A stretch of DNA of 64,000 nucleotides, taken from the NCBI GenBank assembly GCA_951406725.2, contig OX597827.1, positions 31,186,001-31,250,000 of the forward strand. The letters are read 5' to 3'. Position 1 is the first letter of the stretch; each line of letters starts with the position of its first letter. Below, piece after piece: positions 1 to 12,927 of the stretch. The position numbers and the translations under genes were made by a program. This DNA is from Octopus vulgaris (Eukaryota). Under the pieces are notes generated by a model that had not been told where the DNA came from, did no database searches, and was given only the letters and a program-made list of their open reading frames with translations.

Positions 1-512
1 TTTCTCTAGGGATCCTGTTTTTGTTCTTGTGTGTGCTGGCCCTGCACACTGGGACATATTTGTCACATATGGCTTGTATTATGGACATGAAGTGTTTGTG
101 TTTCATGTTAATGTCTGGTGTGGAGAGACATTTAGGCCAATCCTGTTTGAGGATCTCTTTCTCAATCAACTTCCAGTTGGCTTTATGAAAGTTTAAGTTG
201 GAGAGATGGTGGATGCTTCGTATAGGCTGTGTGTCTACGGGAGCTTTTGTTCCATACATAGACAGCTCTATTATGTTGTGATCCGAGATCATTGTCGGCA
301 TCACATTAACATTATGGATAATATCCATATTGTTTGTGAAGCAGAGATCCAGTATATTATCTGCCCTTGTTGGTTGCAGAACTATTTGCTCCATGAAAGA
401 GGCATTTGTGAGATGGAGCAGGGACTCTGCCTGTGCCTGCTGATGGTGTGTCATCCCTGAGAGCATCTGCCCCCCAGGCCATTCCACATTGGGGAAGTTA
501 AAGTCACCCATA
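1..512 (-). mobile_element. CR1/L2-type LINE fragment (APE endonuclease C-terminal part)
   Basis: Minus-strand translation gives MGDFNFPNVEW...FMEQIVLQPTRADNILDLCFTNN...ISDHNIIE...NFHKANW, i.e. the GDFN, LDL and SDH endonuclease motifs. Runs off the window edge. Confidence 0.8.
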
Positions 513-597
513 TAATGTATATATGTATATAGACATATATGTATGTATACCCAAATAATAAAACAGATGTAGAGATAAAAAAAAAAGCTAAACTTAC

Positions 598-680
598 CTA
601 TTTTCTTCTTCTGTTCATGCACTTTTTTCTTGGCATCATTTACCGTTTTTTGACTTTCTGCAACCTCTTGAACGACCTTC
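598..680 (-). CDS. CFAP99: CFAP99-like coding exon (6th of 6 seen): KVVQEVAESQKTVNDAKKKVHEQKKKI
   Basis: ttgtag acceptor, G|gtaagt donor, 83 nt. Its first G completes the AA left by exon 8694-8752 (AAG, Lys). Peptide resembles the CFAP99 coiled coil from memory. Confidence 0.75.
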
Positions 681-1167
681 CTACAATATATCATGATACT
701 CTGAAAGTATTTGTTTATCTCACTCTTGCCCCGCCTCTCTCTCTCTACATATATATACACACAAGTGAGTGGGCAAACGAAAGAAGGAGACTCAACAAAT
801 TTATTTGAACTTACATCTGTTTTAATCCATAAGCATTACCCACTATTCTAATCTCCTTGGCCCCAAGGCTGTATTTTCGACTGTTCGTACCCGTCCACTG
901 TCCAAAATCACACTCTGTGTCAGTTGCTCGTTTTGTTTGCTCTTGTCCCTAATTCTACACAAGAAAACTTGTTTTTGCATGCACCATCAACTGGGAAGCA
1001 CTGAGCCTTATCGTTTAAGGTGCAAAAGTGAATATTATCAATTGGTCAATTACTGATGAAAAATTATGGACCTGTTTGTCTCCCGTTCGTTTTTACATTC
1101 AGTACACATTATATTGTTTGTTTATACACTTTTCATTTATATATGTATATATATATATATACACACA

Positions 1168-1434
1168 TGGCTTAGTGGTTAGGGCATTTGCCTCAAAATC
1201 GTAAGGTCATGAGTTCAATTCTCAGTGATGCGTCATGTCCCTTCAGCAAGACACTTTATTTCCCATTGCTCCAGTCCACTCAGCTCGCAAAACTGAGTAG
1301 TACCTTTATTTCAAAGGGACAGCCTTGTTACACTGTCACACTGAATCTCCCTGAGAACTACGTTGATTTCACAAGCAAGGAGTTCCATTGATTATATCAG
1401 CTGGGACCCTTGTTGTCGTAACTGATTGAGTGCT

Positions 1435-1436
<2 letters not shown>
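1168..1436 (+). mobile_element. tRNA-derived SINE (family C)
   Basis: A box TGGCTTAGTGG, B-box-like GAGTTCAATTC, body 'agcaagacactttatttc..attgc..cagt'. A related copy lies at 30771-31140. Confidence 0.7.
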
Positions 1437-1467
<31 letters not shown>

Positions 1468-1470
<3 letters not shown>

Positions 1471-4400
1471 TCATCATCATCATTATCGTTTAGCGTCTGC
1501 TTTCCATGCTAGCATGGGTTGGACGGTTCAACTGGGGTCTGGGAAGCCAGAAGGCTGCACCAGGCCGAGTTTGATCTGGCAATGTTTCTACGGCTGGATG
1601 CCCTTCCTAACGCCAACCACTCCATGAGTGTAGTGGGTGCTTTTTACGTGCCAGACGAGTCTGGCAAATGGCCACGATCGGATGGTGCTTTTTATGTGCC
1701 ACCGGCACGGGGGCCAGGCGAGGCTGGCAACGGCCAGGAACGGATGGTCCTTTTTACGTGCCACCGGCACGGGGGCCAGGCGAGGCTGGCAATGGCCACA
1801 AACGGATGGTGCTTTTTACGTGCCACCGGCACAAGGCCAGTCGGGATGGCACTGGCAATGGCCACGTTCGGATGGTTCTCTTACGTGCCACCGGCACTGG
1901 TAACTCAGCTGCAATTTCCATTGATCGATTTTGATTCTGATTCTGATTCTCACTTGCCTCAACAGGTCTTCACAAGTAGAGTTTTGTGTCCCAAGAAGGG
2001 AAGGTATGCATAAGTGGGCAGGCTATATCCCATGTAGAAGGCCACGGGTTATGGTCTCACTTGTCCTGCCAGGTCTTCTCACGCACAGCATACTTCCAGA
2101 GGTCTCGGTCTCTAGTCATTTCCTCAATGAGACCTAAAGTTCGAAGGTCGTGCTTCACCACCTCGTCCCAGGTTTTCCTGGGTCTGCCTCTTCCACAGGT
2201 TCCCTCAACCACTAGGGTGTGGCACTTTTTCACACAACTATCTTCATCCATTTTCGCCACATGCCCATACCAGCGCAAACGTCTTTCTTGCACACCACAT
2301 CTGATGCTTCTTAGGTCCAGCTTTTCTCTCAAAATACTTACACCCTGTCGAGTATGAATAGTGACTTTACACATCCATCGGAGCATACTGGCTTCATTTC
2401 TTGTGAGATTACGCATATCCTCAGCAGTCACGGCCCATGTTTCACTGCCATGTAGCATGGCTGTTCGTACACACGCGTCCTACAGTCTGCCTTTTACTCT
2501 GAGCGAGAGACCTTTTGTCACCAGCAGAGGTAAGGGCTCCCTAAACTTTGCCCAGGCTATTCTTACTCTAACAGTTACACTTTCAGCACACCTGCCCCAG
2601 CTGCTGACCTGGTCACCTAGGAAACGGAAGCTATCAACTATTTCTAGTTTTTCTCCCTGGAAAGTGACAGAAGTTGGTCTCAGAGAATTTTCAGTGTTTA
2701 TTGTTCCTGAGCATCTGCCACATACAAAAACCATCTTCCTAGTTAGCCTTCCTTTGACATTGCTGCACCTCTTATGTGTCCATAGCTTACACTTGGTGCA
2801 TCTTATAGAGTTTCTACCTACACCTTTTCTACAGATCGAGCAGGGCCATCTACCTGAAGGCGTTTGTGATTTGTCTACCTTCCTACTTATTAGGAATTTG
2901 GTTTTAGCTAGATTGACTCTAAGGCCCTTCGATTCTAATCCTTACTTCCACACCTGAAACTTCTCCTCCAGTTCTGATAGTGACCCAGCAATTAGAGCAA
3001 GGTCATCAGCATAGAGGAGCTCCCAGGGGCATCCTGTTTGGAATTCCTCCGTTATTGCCTGGAGGACTATGATAAATAGGTGGGGGCTGAGGACTGAGCC
3101 TTGGTGGACCCCAACCTCTACCCGGAATTCTTCACTGTACTCATTGCCAACCTCACCTTACTAGCAGCGTTCCTGTACATGGCTTGCACAGCTCTCACTA
3201 ACCATTCATCTATCCCTAGTTTCCTCATTGACCACCAGATAAGGGAACGGGGGACCCTGTCGAAGGCTTTCTCCATGTCAACAAAAGCCATGTACAGGGG
3301 CTTATCTTTGGCTAGGTATTTCTCCTGCAGCTGCCTTACCAGGAATATAGCATCAGTGGTAGTTTTCCCTGACACGAACCCAAACTGCATCTCATCTAAA
3401 CTAACTCTCTCCCTAATTAGTTGGGCTATGACCCTCTCTGTGACCTTCATCACCTGATCCAACAGCTTGATACCTCTGTAATTATTTGTATCTAGGGCAT
3501 CACCTTTACCTTTGTAGCAGTTGACTAGTATGCTGCTACACCAGTCATTGGGTATGACTCCTTCATGTATCACCTGGTTGACTATACGGGTGACTAGGTT
3601 ATGGCCGACACTGCCAGATATTTTGAGCATCTCTGCAGTAATTCCTGATGGGCCTGGGGCTTTCCCTGTCTTCATACTTCTAATTGCCTTAACTACCAAG
3701 AAACTGTCAACTCGGATAGCTGGTCCCTCTGTCGGGTCAACATTCATTTTCTTTATTCAGTAACCTTTCATAGTGGCATCTGCAAACCTCTCTCTTTGCA
3801 TCCTCATTTAACGCAAGTGAACGATCTTCCATGCGAACACACTTCTCTCCTACCACATCACAATTCTCTCTCACACACTGTCTTGCAACGCGAAACACCT
3901 CCAGTCTTTGGTCCTCACGGCGCAGAACATTGGCAAGTTTTTTCTTATCTGCTTCCCCTCTGGCTAGATAGACCTGTCTCCTAGCTTCCCTTTTGGCAGT
4001 CTGATACAATTCCCTGCTACCACCATTCTTCCAGTCCTTCCAAGTTTGTCTCTTTTCTCTAATAGCCCTGTCTACAACACTGTTCCACCACCACGTTACC
4101 TTGGGACGAGAGGGGACTTTGCACCAGCCACAGATCTGGTCAGTGGCTCTCAGCAGGTTGTCCTTTGGAAACGTCCAGTTGCCTTCTACCCCATGTGATA
4201 CTCTATCCCCTTCTACTTCGTCAAAGGCTTCAAGTAGCATGTCCCTAAATCTCTGTCCATTCGCAGGATCTTTAAGCTTCCTGATCCTTTTCCATGTTGG
4301 TCATCTTCTGGTTGTCCTCCTAGTCCTGATCCTAAAGTCACTAACTACCAGTCTATGTTGTGGGGTACATTCTTCACCTGGGAAGGTTTTGGCATTTATA

Positions 4401-4710
4401 AGCAGCCATCTCTCCCTTTGCCTGGCAAGGATGTAGTCAATTTGGCTGGTATGTTGGCCCGATTGGTAGGTGACTAGGTGGCTGGTAGGTTTCCTGAAGT
4501 TAGTGTTGCAAATCATAAGATTATTTGCATCGCAGAACTCCAGCACCCTGGTTCCCTCCTCGTTGCGGGAACCATAGCCATAGCCTCCATGTACGCCATG
4601 GAAGCCCCCAGCATGTCGTCTAACGTGGCCATTGAAGTCACCAGCCACAAAGAGAAGGTCTCTGTCGTTCGTCAACGAGGTAGTCTGCAGTAGAGTGTCA
4701 TAGAATCGGT
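1468..4710 (-). mobile_element. RTE-clade LINE copy 1, 5'-truncated and frameshifted
   Basis: ORF fragments with GDFNGH and SQIDYIL (endonuclease), QFGF, FVDMEKAFD, LYADDL (RT) and RGRGRPRKTW. (GAT)n 3' tail near 1468-1485; internal deletion near 3744. Confidence 0.95.
1636..1900 (-). repeat. ~62-bp tandem array in the RTE 3' UTR
   Basis: ggtgctttttacgtgccaccggcac recurs every ~62 bp (4-5 units). Homologous arrays at about 5612-5890, 28487-28700, 50373-50630, 54738-55012 and 60828-60985. Confidence 0.9.
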
Positions 4711-5067
4711 TAGAGTGTCATATATAAATGTATATTAGCGACAGAGGCAATATGAAAACTGTGTGGTGATATTTATCCCTACTTAAACATGAATGTACTG
4801 TTAAAATAAACTATACTGTAGTAGTTAGCAAGAGAGAAACCTCATATTGGCTTTGATGTGCAAAATGCACTCTTGTTTATATTGCTAGTGGGGAGATAAA
4901 TCCCCGCTAACTTCAGTGCCAAAACTACCAGACTAAGGAAGGTTGAAATCATGTGACCTGGTGGTCTTGGCACTGGAGGTGGTGGGGATTTGTGGTTGTT
5001 CTTGGGAATGGTGCAATGACCTGGATATTGTCATAGCAAATGGGAGAGAGGCTGGCTACTAATCCAG

Positions 5068-5105
<38 letters not shown>

Positions 5106-5234
5106 GAGAGAGAGAGAGAGTGTTCAGGTATATATGGTAGGGGTGGGTAAGGGTGTATGGATTAGAAATAATCCATGGAGATGAACAGGAAGAAGTCATA
5201 AGGGTGAAGTTTAAACAAGTCATATGTATGTATG

Positions 5235-5415
5235 TGTGTTTGTTCCCCCCAACATCGCTTGACAACCAATGCTGGTGTGTTTATGTCCTGGTAACTTAGT
5301 AGTTCAGCAAAAGAGACCGATAGAATAAGTACTAAGCTTGCAAAGAATAAGTCCTGTTCGATTAAAGGAAGTGCGCCTGCATAGCTGCAGTGAAATGACT
5401 GAAACAAGTAAAAAA
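5235..5415 (+). mobile_element. SINE family A, 3' half
   Basis: Matches the 3' half of the full copies at 54158 and 57694 (ttgacaacc..gatagaataagtact..gactgaaacaagtaaaa). Confidence 0.8.
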
Positions 5416-5447
5416 ATGTGTGTGCGTATCACTCTCTCTCTCTCTCT

Positions 5448-8088
5448 CATCATCATCATCATCATCGTTTAACGTACACTTTCCATGCTAGCATGGGTTG
5501 GACGGTTCAACTGGGGTCTGGCAAGCTCGAAGGCTGCACCAGGCCAGTCAGATCTGGCAGTGTTTCTACAGCTGGATGCCCTTCCTAACGCCAACCACTC
5601 CGAGAGTAGTGGGTGATTTTATGTGCCACCGACACAGGTGCCAGACGAGGCTGGCAGACGGTCACGCTTGGATGGTGTTTTTATGTGCCACCGACACAGG
5701 TGCCAGACGAGGCTGGCAGACGGCCACGCTCGGATGGTGTTTTCTTATGTGCCACCGACACAGGTGCCAGACGAGGCTGGCGAACGGCCACGCTCGGATG
5801 TTGTTTGTTACGTGCCCACAGCACGGAGGCCAGTCGATGCGGTACTGGCTACGGTCACGTTTGGATGGTTTTCTTATGTGCCACCCACAAGGATACAAAT
5901 TCCATTGGTGTTCATCTATTTTTATTTGGTTTGATTTGATTTTGATTTTGATTTTCACTTGCCTCAACAGGTCTTCACAAGTGTCACAAGGAGGAAGGTA
6001 TGCACAGGTGGACTGACTACGTCCCAGGTAGGGGCCACTGGTTATGGCATCACTAGTCTTGTCGGGTCTTCTCACGCACAGCATACTTCCATAAGTCTCG
6101 GTCTCTAGTCATTTCCATGGTGAGACCTAACGTTCGAAGGTCGTGCTTCACCACCTCGTCCCAGGTTTTCCTGGGTCTACCTCTTCCACGGGTTCCCTCA
6201 ACTGCTAGGGATTGGTACTTTCTCACACACCTATCTTCATCCATTCTCGCCACATGACCATACCAGCGCAATCGTCTCTCTTGCACACCACAACTGATGC
6301 TTCTTAGGTACAACATTTCTCTCAAGGTACTAACGCTCTGTCGAGTATGTACACTGACATTACACATCCTTCGGAGCATACAGGCTTCATTCCTCACGAG
6401 CTTACGCATGTCCTCAGCAGTCACGGCCCATGTTTCACTGCCATGTAGCATGGCTGTTCGTACACATGCATCATACAGTCTGCCTTTTACTCTGAGCGAG
6501 AGGCCTTTAGTCACCAGCAGAGGTAAGAGCTCCCTAAACTTTGCCCAGGCTATTCTTATTCTAGCAGTTACACTTTCAGTGCACCCACCCCCACTACTGA
6601 CTTGGTCACCTAGATAACGGAAGCTATCAACTACTTCTAGTTTTTCCCCCTGGAAAGTGACGGAAGTTGTTTTCTGCAGATTTTCGGAGGTCAATGCTCC
6701 CGAGCATCTGCCACATACAAAAACTATCTTCCCAGTTAGCCTACCTTTGACATTGCTGCACCTCTTATGTGTCCATAGCTTACACTGGGTACATCTTATA
6801 GAGTTTCTACCTACACCTTTTCTACAGATCGAGCAGGGCCATCTTCCTGAGGATATTTGTGGATTGTCTACCTTTCTACTTATTAGTACTTTGGTTTTAG
6901 CTAGGTTGACTCTAAGGCCCCTCGATTCTAAACCCTCCTTCCACACCTGGAACTTCTCCTCCAGTTCTGATAGTGACTCAGCAATTAGAGCGAGGTTGTC
7001 AGCATAGAGGAGCTCCCAGGGGCAACCTGTCTTGAATTCCTCCACAATTGCCTGGAGGACTATGATAAATAGGAGGGGGCTGAGTACTGAACCCTGGTGG
7101 ACCCCAACCTCTACTTTGAATTCTTCTGTGTACATGTTGCCAACCCTAACCTTACTTACGGCATCTCTGTACATGGCTTGCACAGCCCTCACCAGCCATT
7201 CATCTATCCCTAGTTTCCTCATTGACCACCAGATGAGGGATCGGGGGACCCTATAAAAGGCTTTCTCCATGTCAACGAAAGCCAGGTACAGGGGCTTATC
7301 TTTGGCTAGGTATTTCTCCTGCAGCTGCCTTACCAGGAATATAGCATCAGTGGTGCTTTTCCCTGACACGAACCCAAACTGCATCTCATCTAAACTAACT
7401 CTCTCTCTAATTAGTTGGGCTATGACCCTCTCCGTAACTTTCATTACCTGATCCAACAGCTTGATACCTCTGTAATTATTTGTATCTAGGGCATCACCTT
7501 TACCTTTGTAGCAGTTGACTAGTATGCTGCTACACCAGTCATTGGGTATGACTCCTTCATGTATCACCTGGTTGACTATACGGGTGACTAGGTTATGGCC
7601 GACACTGCCAGATATTTTGAGCATCTCTGCAGTAATTCCTGATGGGCCTGGGGCTTTTCCTGTCTTCATACTTCTAATTGCCTTAGCTACCACGGAGCTA
7701 TCAACTCGGATAGCTGGTCCCTCTGTTGGGTCAACATTTGGCAGACTCTCTTTATCCCATTCATTTTCTTTATTCAGCAACCTTTCATAGTGGCATCTCC
7801 AAACCTCTCTCTTTGCATACTCATTTAGCGCAAGTGAACCAACATCCATGCGAACACACTTCTCTCCTACCACATCACGATTCTTTCTCACACACTATCT
7901 TGCAACACGAAATACCTCAAGTCTTTCATCCTCATGGCTCAGAACATTGGCAAATTTTTTCTTATCCGCTTCCCCTCTGGCTAAGTAAACCTGTCACCTA
8001 GCTTCCCTTTTGGCTGTCTGATACAATTCCCTGCTACCACCGTTCTTCCAGTCCTTCCAAGCCTGTCTCTTTTGTCTAATAGCCCTGT
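5448..8088 (-). mobile_element. RTE-clade LINE copy 2, 5'-truncated
   Basis: (GAT)n tail, 3' UTR array and a 612-aa ORF covering the RT and C-terminus. Confidence 0.95.
6053..7891 (-). pseudogene. RTE reverse transcriptase ORF (612 aa) with an internal PHD finger; catalytic YADD mutated to YADN
   Basis: KAPGPSG, YRGIKLL, QFGF, GVHQGSVLSPLLF, LLYADNL, KTKV, C4HC3 motif, FRYLG, RRLRWYGHV. No endonuclease domain. Confidence 0.9.
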
Positions 8089-8105
8089 CATATATATATA
8101 AAGAG

Positions 8106-8154
<49 letters not shown>

Positions 8155-8155
8155 T

Positions 8156-8446
8156 TTGAGTCAAGTACATCAACATCAAATCAAATGGAAATTGTAGTTG
8201 TAACTCCCGTAAAAAGCACCATCCAACCGTGGTTGATGCTAGCTCCCTCTGGCCCCTGTGCCAGTGGCACATAAAAAGCACCCATTACATTCTCGCAGTG
8301 GTTGGCGTTAGGAAGGGCATCCAGCTGTAGAAACACTGCCAGATCAGATTGGGGCCTGGTACAGCCTCCTGACTTCCCAGACCCCAGTCGAACTGTCCAA
8401 CCCATGCCAGCATGGAAAATGGACGTTAAACGATGATGATGATGAT
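8156..8446 (+). mobile_element. RTE 3' UTR fragment, opposite orientation to copy 2
   Basis: gtggttggcgttaggaagggcatccagctgtagaaac...ccatgccagcatggaaaatggacgttaaacgatgatg. Confidence 0.85.
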
Positions 8447-8693
8447 ATTGCAGAACACTGATGAAATGAAATGCTAGCTTACATCATGTTTCTACAAATG
8501 TTACGTAACTATTATGGCGTTTTGATGAAATGCGTGTGTGTTCATAAAGCATTAAATAGTACACCTGTTTTATGTGTGTGTGTGTGCGCACTTATATGTA
8601 CATTGACTGGATCTTTACCAACCAACTAATTTAGGCATTGGCTGCTGCAAGGTCCCTATATGTTTAGGAATACACCTGCCAGATCATACTTAC

Positions 8694-8752
8694 TTTGATT
8701 GTTGTTCTTCTTCAAGCTGTTGCTGAAGATAGTCTTGTAGCATCTCCTCTGT
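8694..8752 (-). CDS. CFAP99: CFAP99-like coding exon (5th): TEEMLQDYLQQQLEEEQQS(K)
   Basis: ttttccag acceptor, gtaagt donor, 59 nt, phase 0 to 2; compatible with both neighbouring exons. Confidence 0.78.
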
Positions 8753-8802
8753 CTGGAAAATAAATAACAAAAAAAGCAAATAACAATAACAATAAAATAA
8801 CG

Positions 8803-8855
<53 letters not shown>

Positions 8856-8856
8856 T

Positions 8857-9560
8857 GTTTCTGTTGCATGTACAAGATTTGAAATTTTGGGGAAGGAGCT
8901 AGTTAATTACATTGAGCCCAGTATGTATCTGGTCCTTATTTTATGGACCCTCAAAGGATGAAAGGCAAAGGTCGACCTCAGTGGGATTGGAACTCAGAAC
9001 GTAGATGGGTGAAAATGCCACTAAACATTTTATCTGACATACCATCGATTATGCCAGTTTGTTACCTCACTACTACTACTACTACTATTAAAAAAAAAAA
9101 ATAATAATAATAATGGTTTCAAATTTCGGCATGAGGCCAGAAATTTCGGGAAGGAGTAAGTCGATTGCATGAATCCCAGTGCTCAACTGGGGCTTATTTT
9201 ATTGACTTTGGAAGGATGAAAAGCAAAGTCAACCTCAGTGGAATTTGAACTCAGAACGTGCAGACATATGAAATGCCACTGAGCACTTTGATCGGTGCGC
9301 TAATGATTCTCCATCATACTGCCTTACCACCACCACCAATACTACTACTACTATTACTACTAATAATAATTGTTTCTAATTTAGGTAGATTACAAGCAAT
9401 TTCTGAGGGGAGGGGACACTCAATATTGTAGACCCCAATACTTGACTGATACTTTATTTTATTCATTTCAGAAAGGCAACGTTGGCTTTAGTGGGATTTG
9501 AACTTGGAATGTAAAGAGTCTGCAATAAACACCACAAGGTATTACGTCTAATGTTGTAAT
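8857..9560 (-). mobile_element. Three decayed SINE family B copies (Nin/Deu-like domain) separated by (AAT)n/(ACT)n
   Basis: Repeated 'aaggatgaaaggcaaagtc.acctc..ggaatttgaactcagaac', the reverse complement of a B box plus a gcctttcatcct core. Confidence 0.7.
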
Positions 9561-9879
9561 GCTTGTTCCAAGGTCATGGGGCACAGCACAAGGCAAAGAG
9601 ATGAAAGACAAAATGTTGAGTCTTCAGTTGATCGAGTCACACCTTGGAAGATGTTTGCTGATCTTTTCATCTTTCACTGATTATATACAGGTGAAATTTA
9701 CATGCATACACACACACATGCATGCAAACACACACACTTGTTCACATGTATGCACATATACACTCACACGTGCATCTGCACACACAGAGATATACTTGGC
9801 TACATGCACCAGCAACAGATTCTACAGCTCTCTCAAACACTGCATGTATTCAATTGCTGTGGTCTCTTGGCATCTCCTC

Positions 9880-10410
9880 CATGAGGCCCAGCATCTGGAG
9901 GTCAATCTTTACCCCTTTATCCTATGTTTTTGAGGGTTTTCTTCAATTATAAGTTAGATTTACTGTAAGTACCCCATGCTTCTTTATACAGCTGTCATCA
10001 TCCATACATATCCCATAACCATACTAATGTAATCTTCTAATCTTCTCTCTTGCAAGCTGCATCTGTTTCCTCTTATACACAGTTTTTTTTTACTCAGCTC
10101 ATTTGTACTTCATCATTCATGTACACTAACATTACACATAAAATAAAGTGGGTCTGCTTTGTTTGTTCCTAGCCTTCACAAATCCTCAGTGTTTAGTGTT
10201 CCTGTCTCACTACCACGCAGGATCTCACTTTGTATGTAAGTAACATACAATCTTCCTTTCACTCTTAGAAAGAAACCCTTTAATTCCAGCTTAGGTAATA
10301 GCACCCTGAACCTCTTCTAGCCCATTCTTATTCCGGTTGCAATGCTTTTAGAGAACCCTGCTCCACTGCTGATCAGGTCACCTAGATATCTGATGCTAAC
10401 AACTTCTTCC
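9880..10410 (-). mobile_element. Old RTE RT C-terminal fragment
   Basis: Degenerate match to the RYLGD, RVKGRLY and GSETW region of the larger copies. Confidence 0.65.
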
Positions 10411-10751
10411 ATCTTAATTTCATTTACAAATTATTGACCAATCTAAGGCAAAAGATGAAGATACTTGCTCAAGGTGTCAGGCAGTGAGATCAACATAAAG
10501 ATGTCCTTGTAAATCAAAATCCTTAACCACCCAGCTTTGCCAGGGTGAACTTAGATCCTGTTTTATTGATCCTCGAAGGTTCAAAGGTGAAGTGAAACAT
10601 GGCAGGATTCGAATTCCAAACATAAAGAGAATTAAACTAAAGACGGTAAGGTACTGATTTCCTCAACTTAATGTCCTTTGTCTGAAGGGCATTAGGTTGA
10701 ATATGAGGTGAAGAATCTCATATGAAATTATTATGAAGTGAAGAATCTTAC

Positions 10752-10956
10752 TTCTTGTTTCAATTGCAGCACTGTGCGTCGATTCTCTTCCTGTAGTTTC
10801 TCTTTTGCTAGAATGGCATCCTCTCGAATGATTTTCGATTTTAATCGTAGCTTCTCCAATTCTAACATTGACTGTTTCATATCTTGTTCTTTCATTGTGT
10901 TCTGCCATTTCACAAACTGCCTGTCTTCTTTTCCTCCTTTTTCCAGTTCCTCAAGC
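10752..10956 (-). CDS. CFAP99: CFAP99-like coding exon (4th): LEELEKGGKEDRQFVKWQNTMKEQD...TVLQLKQE
   Basis: ttttcaag acceptor, gtaaga donor, 205 nt (1 nt + 68 codons). The F..WQ..M...D and RL..K..RE.AILA pattern matches CFAP99 as recalled. Confidence 0.85.
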
Positions 10957-11081
10957 CTTGAAAACAAACATACAAATGAATAAATGCATATATTTATTTT
11001 CATATATATTTACATATTTATACACACACACAAGATATAAAAGATGTGTTTGTATATATATATAGACAATAATAAAAATAA

Positions 11082-11121
<40 letters not shown>

Positions 11122-11148
11122 TGTGTATGTGTGTGTGCATGCATGTAT

Positions 11149-11405
11149 GGGTACAGGACAACAGTAAACAACATGAAATACGAAAACAAATGAGTTCAAT
11201 ACACAAACAAGAGAAACAAATGGAAAACAGGACAAGTAATATAAACAATGAACCTTCATCAGTTGTCAGCTGTCTTTCTACTCCTCATTTCGAGCACTGA
11301 ATGACAATATGAGTCTTCAAAGACAGTTGCTCCCATAAGTACCAAAATAAAATTTGAGATTTATGGAGGGTCTAAGTTGGGAACAAAAACAGGACAGACA
11401 GACTG
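11149..11405 (-). mobile_element. Probable Penelope-derived non-coding repeat with a degenerate hammerhead
   Basis: Minus strand reads ctgtct-TTGAAGA...GAAA...aaagacag (closing stem), followed by a CTGATGA. Flanked by microsatellite. Confidence 0.35.
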
Positions 11406-11647
11406 AATAAATGAAATAAAATAGCATTCAATAGATTTGATTGGAACTACATGTATTTAATAACAGTTTAACTCAACTCAACATTACTTTAAGTTTCATG
11501 GAAGTAGGACAAATCCATCTCATCAGATGTTCAGAAACATCTGAAAAAATGGATGTGTCCTACATCCAATGAAGAGCTGACTCAAACTGTTTAAAATACA
11601 TATATGCATATATATATATGTATGTATGTGAGTGCATATATATATAC

Positions 11648-11697
<50 letters not shown>

Positions 11698-11755
11698 GAG
11701 TGCATATATATATACATATACATATATATATATATATACACATATACATTTATGC

Positions 11756-11797
<42 letters not shown>

Positions 11798-12407
11798 ATA
11801 TTATATACCAACAGAATGTGGCAGTCCTATATAGGACAATGTTATTGTTGTTATAGCCCCAGGAAAACATTTTTTCCAGCTGGCAGTCAACACAGTTTGT
11901 GTCCTTATAGCATTTGCAAGGGAGATCATTGCTCTCATCTCTAGCCTTACGCGATACTCACAGACCAAGTTTCTGGATGTTATCCATCCTCAGTGTGAGT
12001 TAACCACAAGCTAGTGATGAAAGCTATCTCCACTCTCAAATGATATATATTCTTTAAGTGATACACAGTCGCTGATCTCATATAAAGAAAAACAACTTGT
12101 TTTAAATCTCTGAGTGAGAGATCTACAGTAACAGTACCAACAGAAATGTAATTTAGATTCAGTTGAATTAGGTACTTAAATTGAGGCACCTTGTTAGAAT
12201 GAGCTTATTTACACACTCAGACAGTATCAGATGATTATCAAACTCTACATAGAATTTTTTCCATCCGATATTCATGCAGTGTATGCAGATGGCATGATCC
12301 AACTTAGTGAATAAATCCACTCTTGTTTGTTCAAACAAGTACTTTATATAAAGATACTTTCCAATAATTCCAAAGTGCAGATTTCAGGGTAGGTGAGTAA
12401 AATATAA

Positions 12408-12927
12408 ATGAGTAACAAAGCTGTTTAAGTTTCACTACATTACGGCTGTTTCAAGTGACTCCTTTAATTGATTGATGAAAGCATTACATCATTACAAAGG
12501 AAACCATTCTCATCAGGTGACTGCATAGGCATCATGCATAAAGGACAAGTTAGATATTTAAACATATTCATATCATCAACAGAGAGCAAATATTAACAAT
12601 GATTCCACTGCTAAAATTTTTGGCAGAATGCAAAAGAGACAGTACAGCAACAGACAAATCAGAAATATGCTAATCTGTGGTTTGTTTCTCGCTGTACTAT
12701 CTCTTTTGCATTCTGCCAAAAATTTTAGCAGTGGAATCATTGTCAATATTTGCTCTCTGTTGATGATATGAATATGTTTAAATATCTAACTTGTCCTTTA
12801 TGCATGATGCCTATGCAGTCATCTGATGAGAATGGTTTCCTTTGTAATGATGTAATGCTTTCATCAATCAATTAAAGGAGTCACTTGAAACGGCTGTAAT
12901 GTAGTGAAACTTACACGTCTTTGTTAC

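Noticed and set aside
1636-1900. CRISPR-like look of the conserved palindromic repeat with variable spacers (also 51290-51830)
   Set aside because: The spacers are homologous to each other, the array is part of a LINE 3' UTR, the context is eukaryotic and there are no cas genes.
2361-2957. Plus-strand ORFs over RTE copies (also 6297-7790 and 61388-62503)
   Set aside because: Antisense shadows of the RT reading frame.
4691-4722. 12-bp direct repeat tagagtgtcata as the target duplication of RTE copy 1
   Set aside because: Both copies are at the 5' junction and one is element sequence; likely slippage at the truncation point.
6053-7891. Active retrotransposon
   Set aside because: 5'-truncated, lacks the endonuclease and has YADN in place of YADD.
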